Of a stretch of DNA of 64,000 bases, positions 26,425-38,415 are shown in pieces. The number at the start of each line of letters is the position of its first letter. Within the stretch, counting starts at the first letter, position 1. The position numbers were made by a program, and so were the translations under genes. The notes beneath the pieces are model-generated. The model worked only from the letters and a program-made list of their open reading frames with translations. It had not been told where the DNA came from and did not search any database. The stretch lies in assembly GCF_032062105.1 (NCBI RefSeq), contig NW_026935833.1, positions 1 through 64,000 on the forward strand. Reading direction: 5' to 3'. This DNA is from Saccostrea cucullata. Taxonomy: Eukaryota.

Positions 26425-29400
26425 GTTAAATTGAAATTCTATGCTTATGGAGGGGCCTTGCATAAGAATTTTAAGATCTATATTTAATGTATTTTGCAGT
26501 AACATTTTTGCTATTGAGACTTTACCACAAGAAAACACCTTGCAGATTTTTTTTTACAGTATACATGCCTCTATAATATGGAAGGTAATCATTCCAAGAG
26601 AAGTAATTGAAGACATAAAAAAATGTCTTGTTCTTCGCTGTTTGAAATCTCATAGCCTCATTCATTCCTGTACCAAACATGTAGTCAGACATCATCTAAG
26701 ACAAAAATAAGAAAATGTTAAATCTCTAAAAGACAGGATTAGACAAATTAAAAACTCCTCATACTACATGTAGTATTCTATTTCAACAGACTCTCCCTCT
26801 CTCTAAAGCTTATATATTTGATGTTTGAACTTTTGCAAGCACCTTTTCTTACAAGTTACAACACAAGTATAAAATTCATTGATTCTATTAAGAATAAAAA
26901 GTTTATATCTGTATTAATTATAAGTACATGTACTCCTCACACAGTAAAGGCTTGTACGTTACGTGTTATAAAAATCAAACCAACTCTTTTAAATAAATAC
27001 ATCAGCGGTAGCTTATTTAATCAGCCATATTAGTAAGCAAGGATAGGATTGCTTAAGATTTATATACTTTATTTATATACTCACGTCGACAGTCTTGTGA
27101 AGGATCATGGTCTGATTCTTGGGCTGTGGCCAGTACGTATACTGGTATATCATGGCATCCCTCGTTACGCTATCTCTGACCCCTCTATCACTTAGAAACT
27201 CGTTAATTATATTGTCAAACTGAATCTTTTGTATGCCTTCATCTAGAGTTGGCAAATTAGCTGTAAAGAATAAAAGTTTAATTTGAATGAACCATATACC
27301 TGTTGAGAGGGCTTATTTAGGCAATGCCTGGTGTCTAATAAAATAAAGGAGATGGGTGAACATGACGAGAGATAAGCCCATAGCGCAACAAACATGAAGG
27401 TGAAAAATAAAATCTCAATTTTATCAAAATTTTCCTTAATATTTCATCTAACATTAAAGTATACTTTATGTAAAATCCCTACAACTTCCACAAATCTCAT
27501 GAAGATTGAAGTTATTTGCCTATAAAATATTATACACACATGAGAGAGGAAAAAACGGGTCATTTTTTCACACTATAACACTATTTTTTGATATGAGTGG
27601 GTCTTTTCTCCATTTTTTTGAAAGTTAATGCAAACATGCATATTTTGGTTTCCAAAATTATGGAGCAAAGACCCACTATACCTTTGAAATATAATTTTAT
27701 GACATAACTTTCGTATCTTTTCAAGAAATACTTGAAGTCCCTTAAGTCAATGGTCATATCACAAACATGATTTAAATGCCACCCTTCATCAGGACTTGTG
27801 TAGCGTAGTGGTTAGCATGCTAGTCTCCACAAAAAATGCAACTCAGGATTTTTATTACCAGGGTTCGAACCCAATGGATACCATATTATTTTTCTTTTAT
27901 AAAAGAATAAATTTTAACAAAAAATTTTTCTCAAAACTTTTTCTTTATCATGACTTTATTAAAATCAACGATGAGAACTTTACTCTAAATATTTAATTCA
28001 CAATTTGAAAATGAATTTTATATATCTGAAGCTAGTGGGCTTTCTGCACACTAAATTCACCTATCTCCTTTCTTAAAATCATTTTTAATTATCACATTTA
28101 ATCATAATACTCAGTAGTCAGTACTGTATTTTTTTTTTTAAATATTACATCTTCTAAGACAGTTAATGCCATTAATTTAGTAATGAGAGCATATATTTCA
28201 GCACATTGAAGGTAAAACAATTTCAAAACTCCTAATTCCTCTCATATTGTTCATCTAAGAAAAACGCATACAGACTCTAGTTAATTTTTCCCTTATAAAA
28301 TACTCACGAATGAAGAAGGACCCATCGTCTTTGTTGAGGCCTCCCATCACTACAATAGGTTTGAAGTTGTACAGTTCTCTCATTTGTTTGGGATGGTCTG
28401 GTAGGAATGCAGCGACTGTCCCCACCAATGATCCATCCACTACTGGACCCCAGGGGTTCCCAACAGAGCCAGGCTGAAAGAGTGGAGGACACAGAAACTT
28501 TACTTTAAAAATTTTTAGATATTTTTTTCTATTTTGAAAAATTTGCATTGTAAATAAATTAAAACATTATGTGCATCAAAAGTTAGTTAAGGAAAACTGT
28601 AGAACAAATATTTGAATAAAATTATTTTGAATGTTTTACTGAATGTAGTATGTCTTTGAATAAAGAAAAAAATGTGACAAACATAGTTAAAATGAATTGA
28701 CGCTTACAGAAAAGAAATTTTCATTCCCAAAGGCTTTAAAATATATTGTGATCTTAATGGATTTAACAAATTATGCTTATAGCAAGCAAAATCATCCAGC
28801 CCAGGAACTTTCTTCTCGGAGTGCTTTACTTTAATGAATAATTTTTATTAAACCTACCCTTAGCCTGACTTTGGATGAAGCATTTACAATCTCTCCAAAC
28901 GACCTGTGTTCCCTGAGACACTGAGTCAACCTGAACATGTCCCCAGTCGGGCAGCCCAGTTCACGGGCCAGCTCCTGGGCATAATACTGGGCATCATTGT
29001 TAGTCTTAATAATAGCCCACTCACTTCTGTCTGAACCACTCTGCATGATGGCGCGATGGAAGAGGTCTGAATTTAGAGTAAATATAACAATTTCTTTAAT
29101 AATCAGAATACACTGTACTGAAATTTAAAATACTGTGGCTCATAGACAGTAAAACCTTGTCCTTTGCAATATTTGGATTACCCTCTTACACTACTTTTAT
29201 TAGTATCTGCTCTATGTACTTACTGACACTCCTTGGGGAGAGAATCTGTAAGCCAACACTTGAAGCCCCAGTATTTTGTCCGAAAATAGTGATGATCCCA
29301 GGATTTCCTCGGAAACTTCTAATATTTTCTTTTACAAACTCCAGTGCCCTGACCTGGTCCCACATTCCGTAATTCCCTGGAGAGTTGGCATCATTGGTAC

Positions 29401-31239
29401 ACAAAAACCCTACAGAATGAGTCAATATTGTGAATGTAATGCAGAACGAAGAGACATATATTGGAAATATACAAGGAATAAGTAACAATTTTCTTACTCA
29501 ACTTACAAAATTTACATAATGAGTCAAAATCAAGTGTTTCTTTTAAGAAAATTAAGATTCCTGTGAAATATGAATATAGCCAACTCAAATGCATTGCAAG
29601 GAAAAATCTTCAACATGTAAGTGTACCTATCACTTTAATTTTTATCATCAATGTCAACAATGTCAACTGTCCTGCATTTTAAGCATGAAACTTGTAAACA
29701 ACATTGAATTGGAGCTAGCAGAAATGCGGAATAAGTTATGATCATCTCTTTTGAAGACTATCAAAATTCTCAGTTTTCCGACACTTATTAATGTGGAATT
29801 GACTGTGGTTTTTTATCTACAGAATAAAACCTCTGACCTAGAGGTTTTAGTCTGTAATTATAAGTAACCTATCACCTGTTGGGTTTCTTGCTTAAAAATT
29901 CCTTCTTGTAGCTAAAAGAAACTATATCCTCTTTTGGGCATCTTACAAATTACATGTAGTACTTGTCAGCAATTAAAGGTAAATAAACCCAGTTTGGTCC
30001 TCTTGTCTAGTGCTATTATTGTTTTGTAAATTGCTGATGCAGTTCACTTCCTGACTTTGAAGTTAAATGCAACAGTACTCAGGCAAATGCTTCTAGTCTT
30101 GTAAAGTTGGAATATATTTAACGGTTACCATACCCTGTCACTGGCCTCTTACCAAATACTTCTGAATTTAGGTTCAATTTTCCACACTAAATCTTGATCC
30201 TCTTACCTAGTGGCCCCAGTCTGTAGTTAAATGTGACCACCACCACATCCCTCTCTGCCAAGAAGACCCCGGGGTACTCCTGTGAGGCTCCCATGGTGTA
30301 ACCCCCACCATGGATAAAGACCATTACTGGATAAAGTGTGGGACTATTACTAGGGATTTCTTCTGTATTCTGTTGATACAAAACATATATTTTATTAAAA
30401 TAATTGAGTATACTGAATATCATTAGCATTTGAAAAGGTTGAACAATCATAATGAACATGATTCTGTATAACATATAAACATTCCAGACAAGAAAGAACT
30501 AAAATAAAATCATGTAGCTTACACTTGGTGCAAAAATGTTCATGTAGAGGCAGTCTTCGCTGATGTTGGCACTGCCCATGTTTGGAACTGTTTCCCTGAC
30601 GTACCACAGGTGCTGTGGACAGGCTGGTTTATAGGATTTAGCCTGCAATACTCCCTCCCAATATGGTCGCTCTGGCTTCTACAAACAAAGTTCGAAGAAG
30701 GCTTTATATAATTTTTAAAAAGCCACATGTCTATAAATGTTAAATATCATAGAAATACAACTGATACTGAGGATGGAGTTTGCCATCATATTGAGTTGCA
30801 TTAGTTACCCTTAGAGCAATAAAAAGCACAATGATCTAGATAAGATTTAAGTAAATTGGTTTGCTACATTTCATGCAGCATATCCCAATTTTTACAACCC
30901 TACTGACTGAAAATTCAGTCAAAAGATCTTGCAAAATACAAGAGCATCCATAACAGCTGTATATGTTTCGATGAATTTAAAGTAAACATGGTAATGTAAA
31001 AAAAAAATTACCCTAAATCTGTAGAGCTTTGGGTCACTGTTGTATTCTATGGGTCGTTTTGCGTAGGGAATGCCGAGGAATATATTGATATGTTTTCTGT
31101 TTTTCTGAGCATACTGCGAGGGAATAGCGAAACCTTCAACCGGTCCATGTTGAGTCTTGACGCGTACGCTATATGTATAACTAAATTCTGCAATGTCTAT
31201 AAAACTTAAAATTAAACAGAAAATAAAGAGAATCCCCAT
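23913..31239 (-). CDS. Catalytically inactive carboxylesterase type B / neuroligin-like type I membrane protein, copy 2, complete (11 exons, 633 aa)
   Basis: Exons 31012-31239, 30523-30678, 30207-30369, 29224-29409, 28858-29066, 28308-28473, 27085-27260, 26569-26695, 24733-24895, 24348-24529 and 23913-24058 total 1902 nt with consistent phases. Signal peptide [35 protein letters not shown] in place of [19 protein letters not shown], a TM helix and a 9-aa tail. Confidence 0.92.
24977..25184. mobile_element. Tc1/mariner-type MITE, TA target
   Basis: TIRs CTGTATACAGGG / CCCTGTATACAG, internal inverted TTTCGCCCC/GGGGCGAAA repeats, TATATA flanks. Confidence 0.88.
25309..26424 (+). mobile_element. 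HINE/CvA-like element with internal tandem repeats
   Basis: Starts ACAAGAGGCCCATGGGCC..AGGTCACATGAG. Internal ~170-bp repeats (CCCCTGACC..TTCACAATTTTGG), a (GAC)n tract and terminal hairpin AGGTCACCTGAGTGACTCAGGTGACCT. Absent at ~7905. Confidence 0.85.
27345..28071. mobile_element. Non-autonomous DNA transposon (AGG..CCT ends) with an internal tRNA-like segment
   Basis: TIRs AAAGGAGATGGGTGAA / TTCACCTATCTCCTTT. Internal A-box-like TAGCGTAGTGG (~27801) and B-box-like GGTTCGAACCC (~27862). Absent in the paralog. Confidence 0.6.
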
Positions 31240-33254
31240 ATCAAATAAAAAATAAATGCCAAATCTTTGAAATGTCGAAAGCTTGATTCATAGCGGAAGT
31301 AGAACAAATGTAAACAGTATTAGATAACTCGATCTACTAAATTTCGTGTGATCGGGTAAAACTAGTAATAAGTTTCTTCTTCAAAATTCAAGCTTCTTGA
31401 ATTTATCAATAAAATAAAGTTTATAGCTGGCAGCGGGGACATATGTAATTAATATAGTATATAAGGTCCCTGCTGGTTGTTATGACAGTAAACTTGAAAA
31501 GAGTACACACTTAAATCCTACTTCAAATTACTTTGACCAAACTAAAAAAAAATAATACATATGTTCCGAGACATTAATAAATAACATATGTCTCTGATGT
31601 GTTGCTATATATTAACAGAATTTATTTTTTTTTTTGTTTTGCAAAGTTATGAATGTTCTTTTTTTTAATAAATAATAGAAAAGATTGTATATTAATTTTA
31701 TTGTAAACTTTTTGTATATACAATGTAGCAGGACTTTTTTTAAAGAATTGTTCTTTGCCGGTTTTGGGTATTTGATAGTAGCCTGGTAAAAGCTGAATTT
31801 TCAGGCCCATCTTAGTTTCAGTTCTTAATTTTAAAGTATACTGGGTATATTGAGGGGGGGGGGGCTGAACTTTTGTGTAAATATAGGTAATATATATCCT
31901 GAAACCTCATTTATAATTTTGATATCAAATTATTATGATTTATCCAGAAATTATTCTCACACTATCCAGGTTAGCAATTAACACAATGACGTACATGTAA
32001 ACGAGATTATTTTTCACTGAAAAGTTTAATGTGATTGGTCAAGAAATAAGTATTTCATGAAAGATGCGTAATATCTCCAAACCCCCAAAAGACATCACTT
32101 CAGTCAGTCCATAAAATGTTGAATGAAGATTGTCAGCAGTCCCAATTGCACAACTACATTTAGGAGCCCTGACTGTTAAGGATGCACCATACCTAGCAAT
32201 CATCAATATATACATCCTCAACATCAAAACAGTGACAATCAAGAAGTTTCTTTTTGATGTTATTTAATAAGAATCTGTGAACAATCAATTCTTTTTTACC
32301 TCGATGCATACATATATTTCAAATTTATGATATAAATCTCCCAAAAATCAAATAAAATTTTCATGCCATGCATATATATACACCTTTATGATTACAGTAT
32401 AATGAACGGATGGTATGTGTAATTGCAATCATACATGTATATAAATTCTCCAAATGCTCGGTATATACAAAATAAGCCATATACACTTAAAGCCTACAAA
32501 ACCTAAATGGAATTAAATGCATTGTACGTGTAAAACATAAATACCTCAGTGTACCTACAACAACAATACTATCCAGCTTTGGTAGCAGACATACATACAC
32601 AATGCTAAAAAAAATACTTTAATGTATCAAAAAAATTCAGCAGTTGACCTTCTATTTGCATCCTGATACATGACATATTTTTAAATTTTGTATTGGAACA
32701 GTTAGCAACTCATAAAAGTATGAAATGTGAACTAAAGAAAAGATAAAATAAATTTAATCAAAAAGAATTTTATGCTAAAACATGTAAATTCTCTGCAGCA
32801 TTATAGGCAAACAGGATTTCTATTCCAATGGCACAAATAAATAATACTTGTATTTTATATGAAATAACTTTTTTCTGATTGAGCAAGAGCACAAAATGAA
32901 AAAAAAAACATATACATTGTAATATACAAGAATGAACAAAATCCCAACATTTGCATCATAAAATCATAAACACAATGTTAACCTATGTTATTTGTAGCAA
33001 ATTTTATATCATATTATAATTATCCTCAATGGTTGGATTTTTGGGAAAAAAAAATTAATTGTTAATTAATAACATAACCATGAAATGAATGCAGATATTC
33101 TCTTATAATTCCAAAAAAAAAAATCATTTCGATGCATTAACATATAAATACACAAGAAATGTACATGTTCATGCATATAAAAATGCACAAAAATCTTTAG
33201 TTTACAATAAAGGGACACCATCCTTGATCAGATCTAGTTGTGGTCCACCTGGTG

Positions 33255-36200
33255 TCAGCTGGTTGGGGAGGAGAATAAATTGACGTTAGGTAAACTGCTG
33301 GACGTGTTTTCTGTGAGTGATATCGGTGCTGTACCTGTGCTGTCAGTTATGATGTCTTTAGTTTTATATTTTCCAAGTTTGTATTTACAACACACCACCT
33401 CCACAAAGAATTCTGTCCAGTTGTGTATCATTCCTGTGACAAAATGAGCAATGAGATTGAGAATCCATAGGCATTCAGTTACTTATCATGAATTTGACAA
33501 CATATGACCAACTTAGTCCCACCTAAATATGGAATTCTCAACCTAAGTAACAACAAGTTTAAAAACAAACATATGCTAATGTTTGAAATTCATGCTTATC
33601 ACACTTTCCCAAATCTGATCCCCCCAAAAATTAATTGTAATAAATTAAAATTTCTTTGAGGCACCATTTTTGCTATACTGCTTCATAAAATCATTCATGG
33701 TGCATACACCTCAGGGTTGCCCCTAAGAATTTAAATAGCAGGGGACATGTAAAGAGTAGGAGGGTGACTGGGGTTCCTCTCCTAACAGGGGAGTGAGGAG
33801 GAATACCAAAGTAACGGGGGAATTACACCATTATAGGCAGAGAAATTCCCTGGCCCCCAGGTCTTGGGGACAACCCTGCACCTACATGTATAACTCACCT
33901 GAGACAGCAAAAATTCCTCCCACAATGCCACACAGCCGAATTAGGAACTGAGTAAAAGGTCTATGTGTTTCTTTGACACGAATTTTCAGTGCATTAAGGT
34001 CATATTTCACAAATATTCCTGGCACGCCATGACTCCCTTTATTGTGATTAATTGTTCTGTTCTAAAAACAAAAAGTCAATAATCTGTATCAAATTAGCCA
34101 TTGCAAAAACATTAATTCTTTTATTTTGGACTCCCTGAAAAATTTGCATGCACAGAAGGGATATTTACCATTATATTAGTGTTTGATTGTTACAATGGTA
34201 TTTGTTTCATAAAAATATAACATGAAGAAGTTAGCATGTCAACCTCAACTCAACAGAACAGACTTTTTTTAATTGTGGTATATATTTTGAAGAAACCGTC
34301 AGACAAGTCATGTCATTCTATAACTCTGAGTTATCTCCCTTACCCGCTGCGTGACGGAGAACTGGAATGTGTCAATGTTTCCCGCTGCGTAGGTCCTGAC
34401 CTCAGTTGGTACGATCTTTATGTAGTAGTTAAAAACATGGAAATCTACAATATACCAAAACACATTTATTTGTCCTTTATTTTGTTTTTTTTTGTCAAAA
34501 AATTTTAAACCACAGTTTTACAAAATAGTGGATGTATTGCCAAACTGTGGTAAGGCGGACCGTTTTCTTTGTCGTTTATTCTAAGGTATGAGTAATACAA
34601 TAATTCAACTTACTGTCTGATGTTACTTGTTCCTCTCCATCCAGGGGATTTATGATGCCTTTTACAGAATCACCAAAGGAAAAGTGGTCAATCCGATGAG
34701 AAAAGTTATAGTCTGTAATAAATAAACTTCTGTAATTACTAAACTTGTGATATTCACAAGCAATTAATAGATTCTAAATTAATAAAAAGACTGAAAAATG
34801 CCAAGAAATTAAAAATTCAATTGAAAAACTGAGTTTATAGTCCTATTGTAGGTACAAGGTATTAGTGTTCTTAATTTATACCTTTTTCATGAACCATCAT
34901 TGAAATATGAGCATGACCTCTTGGAAAAACTGGAACTGACCTAAATAATAGACAAATAAATTATGTAAGTACATGTACCAGAAATTATCTTACTATTGCA
35001 GTCAAATTTGTTTGAATAATCTTTTAGATGAAAGTATGTAATCAAAGTACCGGTACTAAAAATACATGTAAAAAATGTAAAATGACCTACTTTCCTGCTG
35101 TGATGTGAAAATTTCCAGCCACTTTATTGACCTCCAGTGACCCGTAGACTCGGCAGGCGTCAGGGTCGCCCTCAGCTGGAGTCTCTCTGAAAATTACGAA
35201 GAAAATAAAACCTATGTACCAGACAGACCTGTACCTACAGTACATTAAAGAAAGGAAATTCTTGAAAAAGGTGTACTCTGAGTTGAAAATATATTGTTTA
35301 ATGATAACTGTTGTGGTTGAGTCAGGCCAACCATAACACAACGATAAGAGAGGGAAACTGACCAGTATTCTACACATTGACTAAAGTGTGTATCAAATTT
35401 TTGCAAAAATCACAAAATTTGATCTCAATAAAAATTATTAACACAGGTTAACAGCAGTCTATTGCATCTTTCTGAATGACTATTAACCTAACCATCATTC
35501 TTTTCTCTACAGCTAACAGTAATTATCCCACATATAACAAAGAACCTTTTGGGCATCCCTGTTTTATATGTCGCGATCAATCCCCTTGACATCCACATGA
35601 CATCCTGGAGAGCATGATACTCCGATCTCAGAAACTCGCTGATCTCCTGGACAGTCTCATGGTAATGTCTCTGGTTTGGACTGAGTTCAAAATAAGCATC
35701 CTCGTATTTCAGCTCTCCAAAGCCATGTGTGTCCTGGCCCGTTACATCCAGGACATCTGCTCCTATTGCTGTAAATAGACAAAAACCTTTAGTAATCATG
35801 AAGTTGAAGAAGCTTTAGAAACATGGTGTGGGAAACATTTACTTTACCATTATATTTCATTGTAACTGACCATTACATTTTATTGTAACTTACCATTACA
35901 ATCAATTAATATTGTGACCTACAATTACATTTCATTGTAACTTACCACTACATCTCATTGCAACTGTCATGTCAATGTTGAGCTTCAGTTTTCTGAAAGC
36001 ATACAGGGGGAAAAATCAATCCAAATGAATTTTATTTATTTTTTCAGTAAATGTCAGTAAATCTACACTAAAGTCAGCTTGTACTTATCTATTTCTTTTT
36101 ATCACTTTGCTATGTTAAATCACATTTCAATGATTTTTTAAAACTAAACAGTCTTCACTTTGACATTTTAAAATCTACTACACAAATAATTACTTGATTA

Positions 36201-36735
36201 CAAGCATTTTAATATAATTTTAACACTCCTCTTATCTAAAACATCGGACCTTACCCATCAAGACCCGTGTCAACCTCATATTCAAATTTGAGATCTGTTG
36301 TTGAGTAGTATATTATCTCTGACACAACCAAAATAAATATAACCACAAATACAGCAACTGATACTGAAATGGAAAAAAAACATAAATGAATTACTTTGCA
36401 AGACCAACAAAGAAAATTTAGATAGTCGAATATTAGAAATCAATAATTTAGATTCAATAAGGATTAAATGTCAGTTTTCAACTTTTGGAGTAAAATATTG
36501 AATGGTTTACATAAGCATCAAAGCCAACATAACACCTTTTTTAAAAAAAAAATCAGGCACTAAACTAACTGAAAATGGGATGAATACTATAAGTTAGACT
36601 GGGACATTAATGACACTAACTTCCCCCTCCTGAAGCAGTCTTCTCCTGGCAGTCATCCAGAACCTTAGGGAAGGCATCGAGTTCTGTCACCACTTTAATG
36701 GCCTGCTTCTTACTTGCAACATTCAGTCGCCTCAT
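33255..36735 (-). CDS. ERGIC2: ER-Golgi intermediate compartment protein 2 (10 coding exons, 396 aa)
   Basis: Exons 36621-36735, 36255-36363, 35946-35992, 35546-35768, 35091-35186, 34882-34940, 34614-34712, 34344-34444, 33899-34061 and 33255-33433 total 1191 nt. Motifs MRRL..ELDAFPKV..SGG, IGADVLD, DACRVYGSLEVNKVAGNFHITAGK, YNFSHRIDHFSFG, NPLDG, HGVPGIFVKYDL, RLCGIVGGIF. Confidence 0.95.
33712..33878. mobile_element. MITE with 5-bp TSD in ERGIC2 intron 9
   Basis: TIRs CAGGGTTGCCCC / GGGACAACCCTG. TSD CACCT at 33707-33711 and 33879-33883. Confidence 0.8.
35843..35966. repeat. ~23-bp degenerate tandem repeat spanning the ERGIC2 exon 3 donor
   Basis: Unit CTTACCATTACATTTCATTGTAA, about 5 copies. 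The last copy is the real exon end and donor (CTTACCACTACATCTCATTGCAA). Confidence 0.7.
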
Positions 36736-37025
36736 CTTAATATGATCTTTGCTCCAAGACTATTATAGTTTGCAAGACTATTATAGTTTGAAACATGTCA
36801 TCGTGTTCTGAAATGATAATTTCTTAATTATGATTTTTTTTAATGCTTAATAGCTGTAGCAGTGATTGGAAAGTTAAATGAGTCATTACATTTTAATATA
36901 CCTGTATTTGACATCTCTTTTATATGGAAATATGTATTCAGTTGGAAGTGAAATTCTTTTAGGAGATTCATTACTTGAAATTAAGATTATATCTAACTCA
37001 ATACCAATAACATTTTTGTCATATA

Positions 37026-37140
37026 ACATGTGTAACAGGGAAGGATATCATGTATTTGAGACCCTTGCATCACTAATCAGGTGTTCTACCAACTGAGCTA
37101 CCCTAACGGATATCCACGGCCCAAACCATTACACATGTAA
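37026..37140 (-). mobile_element. Short tRNA-derived element with terminal inverted repeats
   Basis: ACATGTGTAA / TTACACATGT ends. The minus strand contains the A-box-like TAGCTCAGTTGGTAGA. Confidence 0.5.
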
Positions 37141-37144
37141 GAGA

Positions 37145-37175
<31 letters not shown>

Positions 37176-37829
37176 TTGTCCTACGGACCCGGTTTAACGA
37201 TAGAATTCGTTCCGTGTATTCGTAATGTAGCAGAAAGAAACACGGGCGATAACTCGCATAGTACATTTACTAGGAACAATCTAGAGAGTTCCGAATGTAG
37301 TAATTTGAATCGAGAGAAAAACGTTGAGAAAATTAATTGGATTTTCGTATTTATATGGATTATTTTATGGGATAAAAGGCATAAGCAATCTCAAAAAGGT
37401 TTGTTTTGATTATTTTGGTAGTTATTCCCAGTGCAAATCATTTTATATTCTTCAAAATCGTTTCGGAGCAGATCCGCTCCGATTTGCTACATTGCAAGTA
37501 TATGGGACGTATTCTAACTGTGGTGAGGGCCTGTACCGAGACACAGATAGATTATTCTAACTAGTAAGAGACCAGCAAAGGAACTTATTGGCCCATAATT
37601 TTCATCCATGACATTCTGAATCAAAATTATTGCTTTAAAAAAATGTATTTCTGTATGTTTGCATTTCATGTGTGTTTTCCCAGTCTGTCTACAGGAGCTC
37701 ATATTGTATTTATATTATAAACTGATTAAGGGGTACAGAGGTAGTCAAACTTAAAGATGACATGACGAGCTCATATGTCTTTCTATATTCAAAATGAAGG
37801 CTTCTCACTTAAAGATTACGTAATCTTAC

Positions 37830-38415
37830 TGTGGAAGTAAGCAATTACAGTGAAACCAAGCTATGGCCTACGGTAGCGGGAAAGAAACTTGAATTTCCTC
37901 GGAATGTAGGATGCATGTCATATAATTTTTTAAAGCTCGTGTTGTATTTTATGAAGAATATTAATTTACAAATATTTGTATCCATTTTCTTGAACAGACA
38001 TGCTTCTCTTATTGTTTTTGAATGACTACTTTATGGATTTATTACACCAACATACTTGCTGCAGCATCTGAGTTCCCGAACAGGAAGTTGTCATTTATGA
38101 GCGGAAGTACACGTTTTATATTGTAGTGTGTTCATTTCTCTTACCATAGTCGACGATTGTCCTTCAAAAATAAATAATACGAGGAGATAAAAAAATACAG
38201 AATAGGTTTAGACATAATAACAGTATTATATCAATTTCTTTATTTTCCAAATTTAAGAATGATAGGCCTAGTTGCTTATTTTCCAGTTTGTACGTGTTTT
38301 ACCCCACCCCGTATTTGTTTACAACTTTGGGCATGGCCCGTCAAATCTGACAAGGATGGAATGAGGCGTGGGCCATAACTAGTTGACTTGATGTATGTCT
38401 GATTATCCTGTAGTC
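37830..38415. promoter_or_regulatory. Probable bidirectional promoter region shared by ERGIC2 and TMEM117
   Basis: Minus-strand donor (gtaagat) at 37829 for an ERGIC2 5' UTR exon and plus-strand donor (AAG|gtttgt) at 38434 for TMEM117 exon 1. ETS-type CAGGAAGT (38081) and GCGGAAGT (38101) lie between them. TSSs are not directly visible. Confidence 0.55.

Larger units (their letters stand above)
20998..30934. repeat. Segmental duplication, right copy (paralogous to 1..12331)
   Basis: Colinear high identity to 1..12331 with a different set of TE insertions. Confidence 0.95.

Noticed and set aside
23913-31239. Calling the gene neuroligin (NLGN) or an active acetylcholinesterase
   Set aside because: No catalytic Ser, and no long cytoplasmic tail or PDZ motif. 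Orthology needs a phylogeny.
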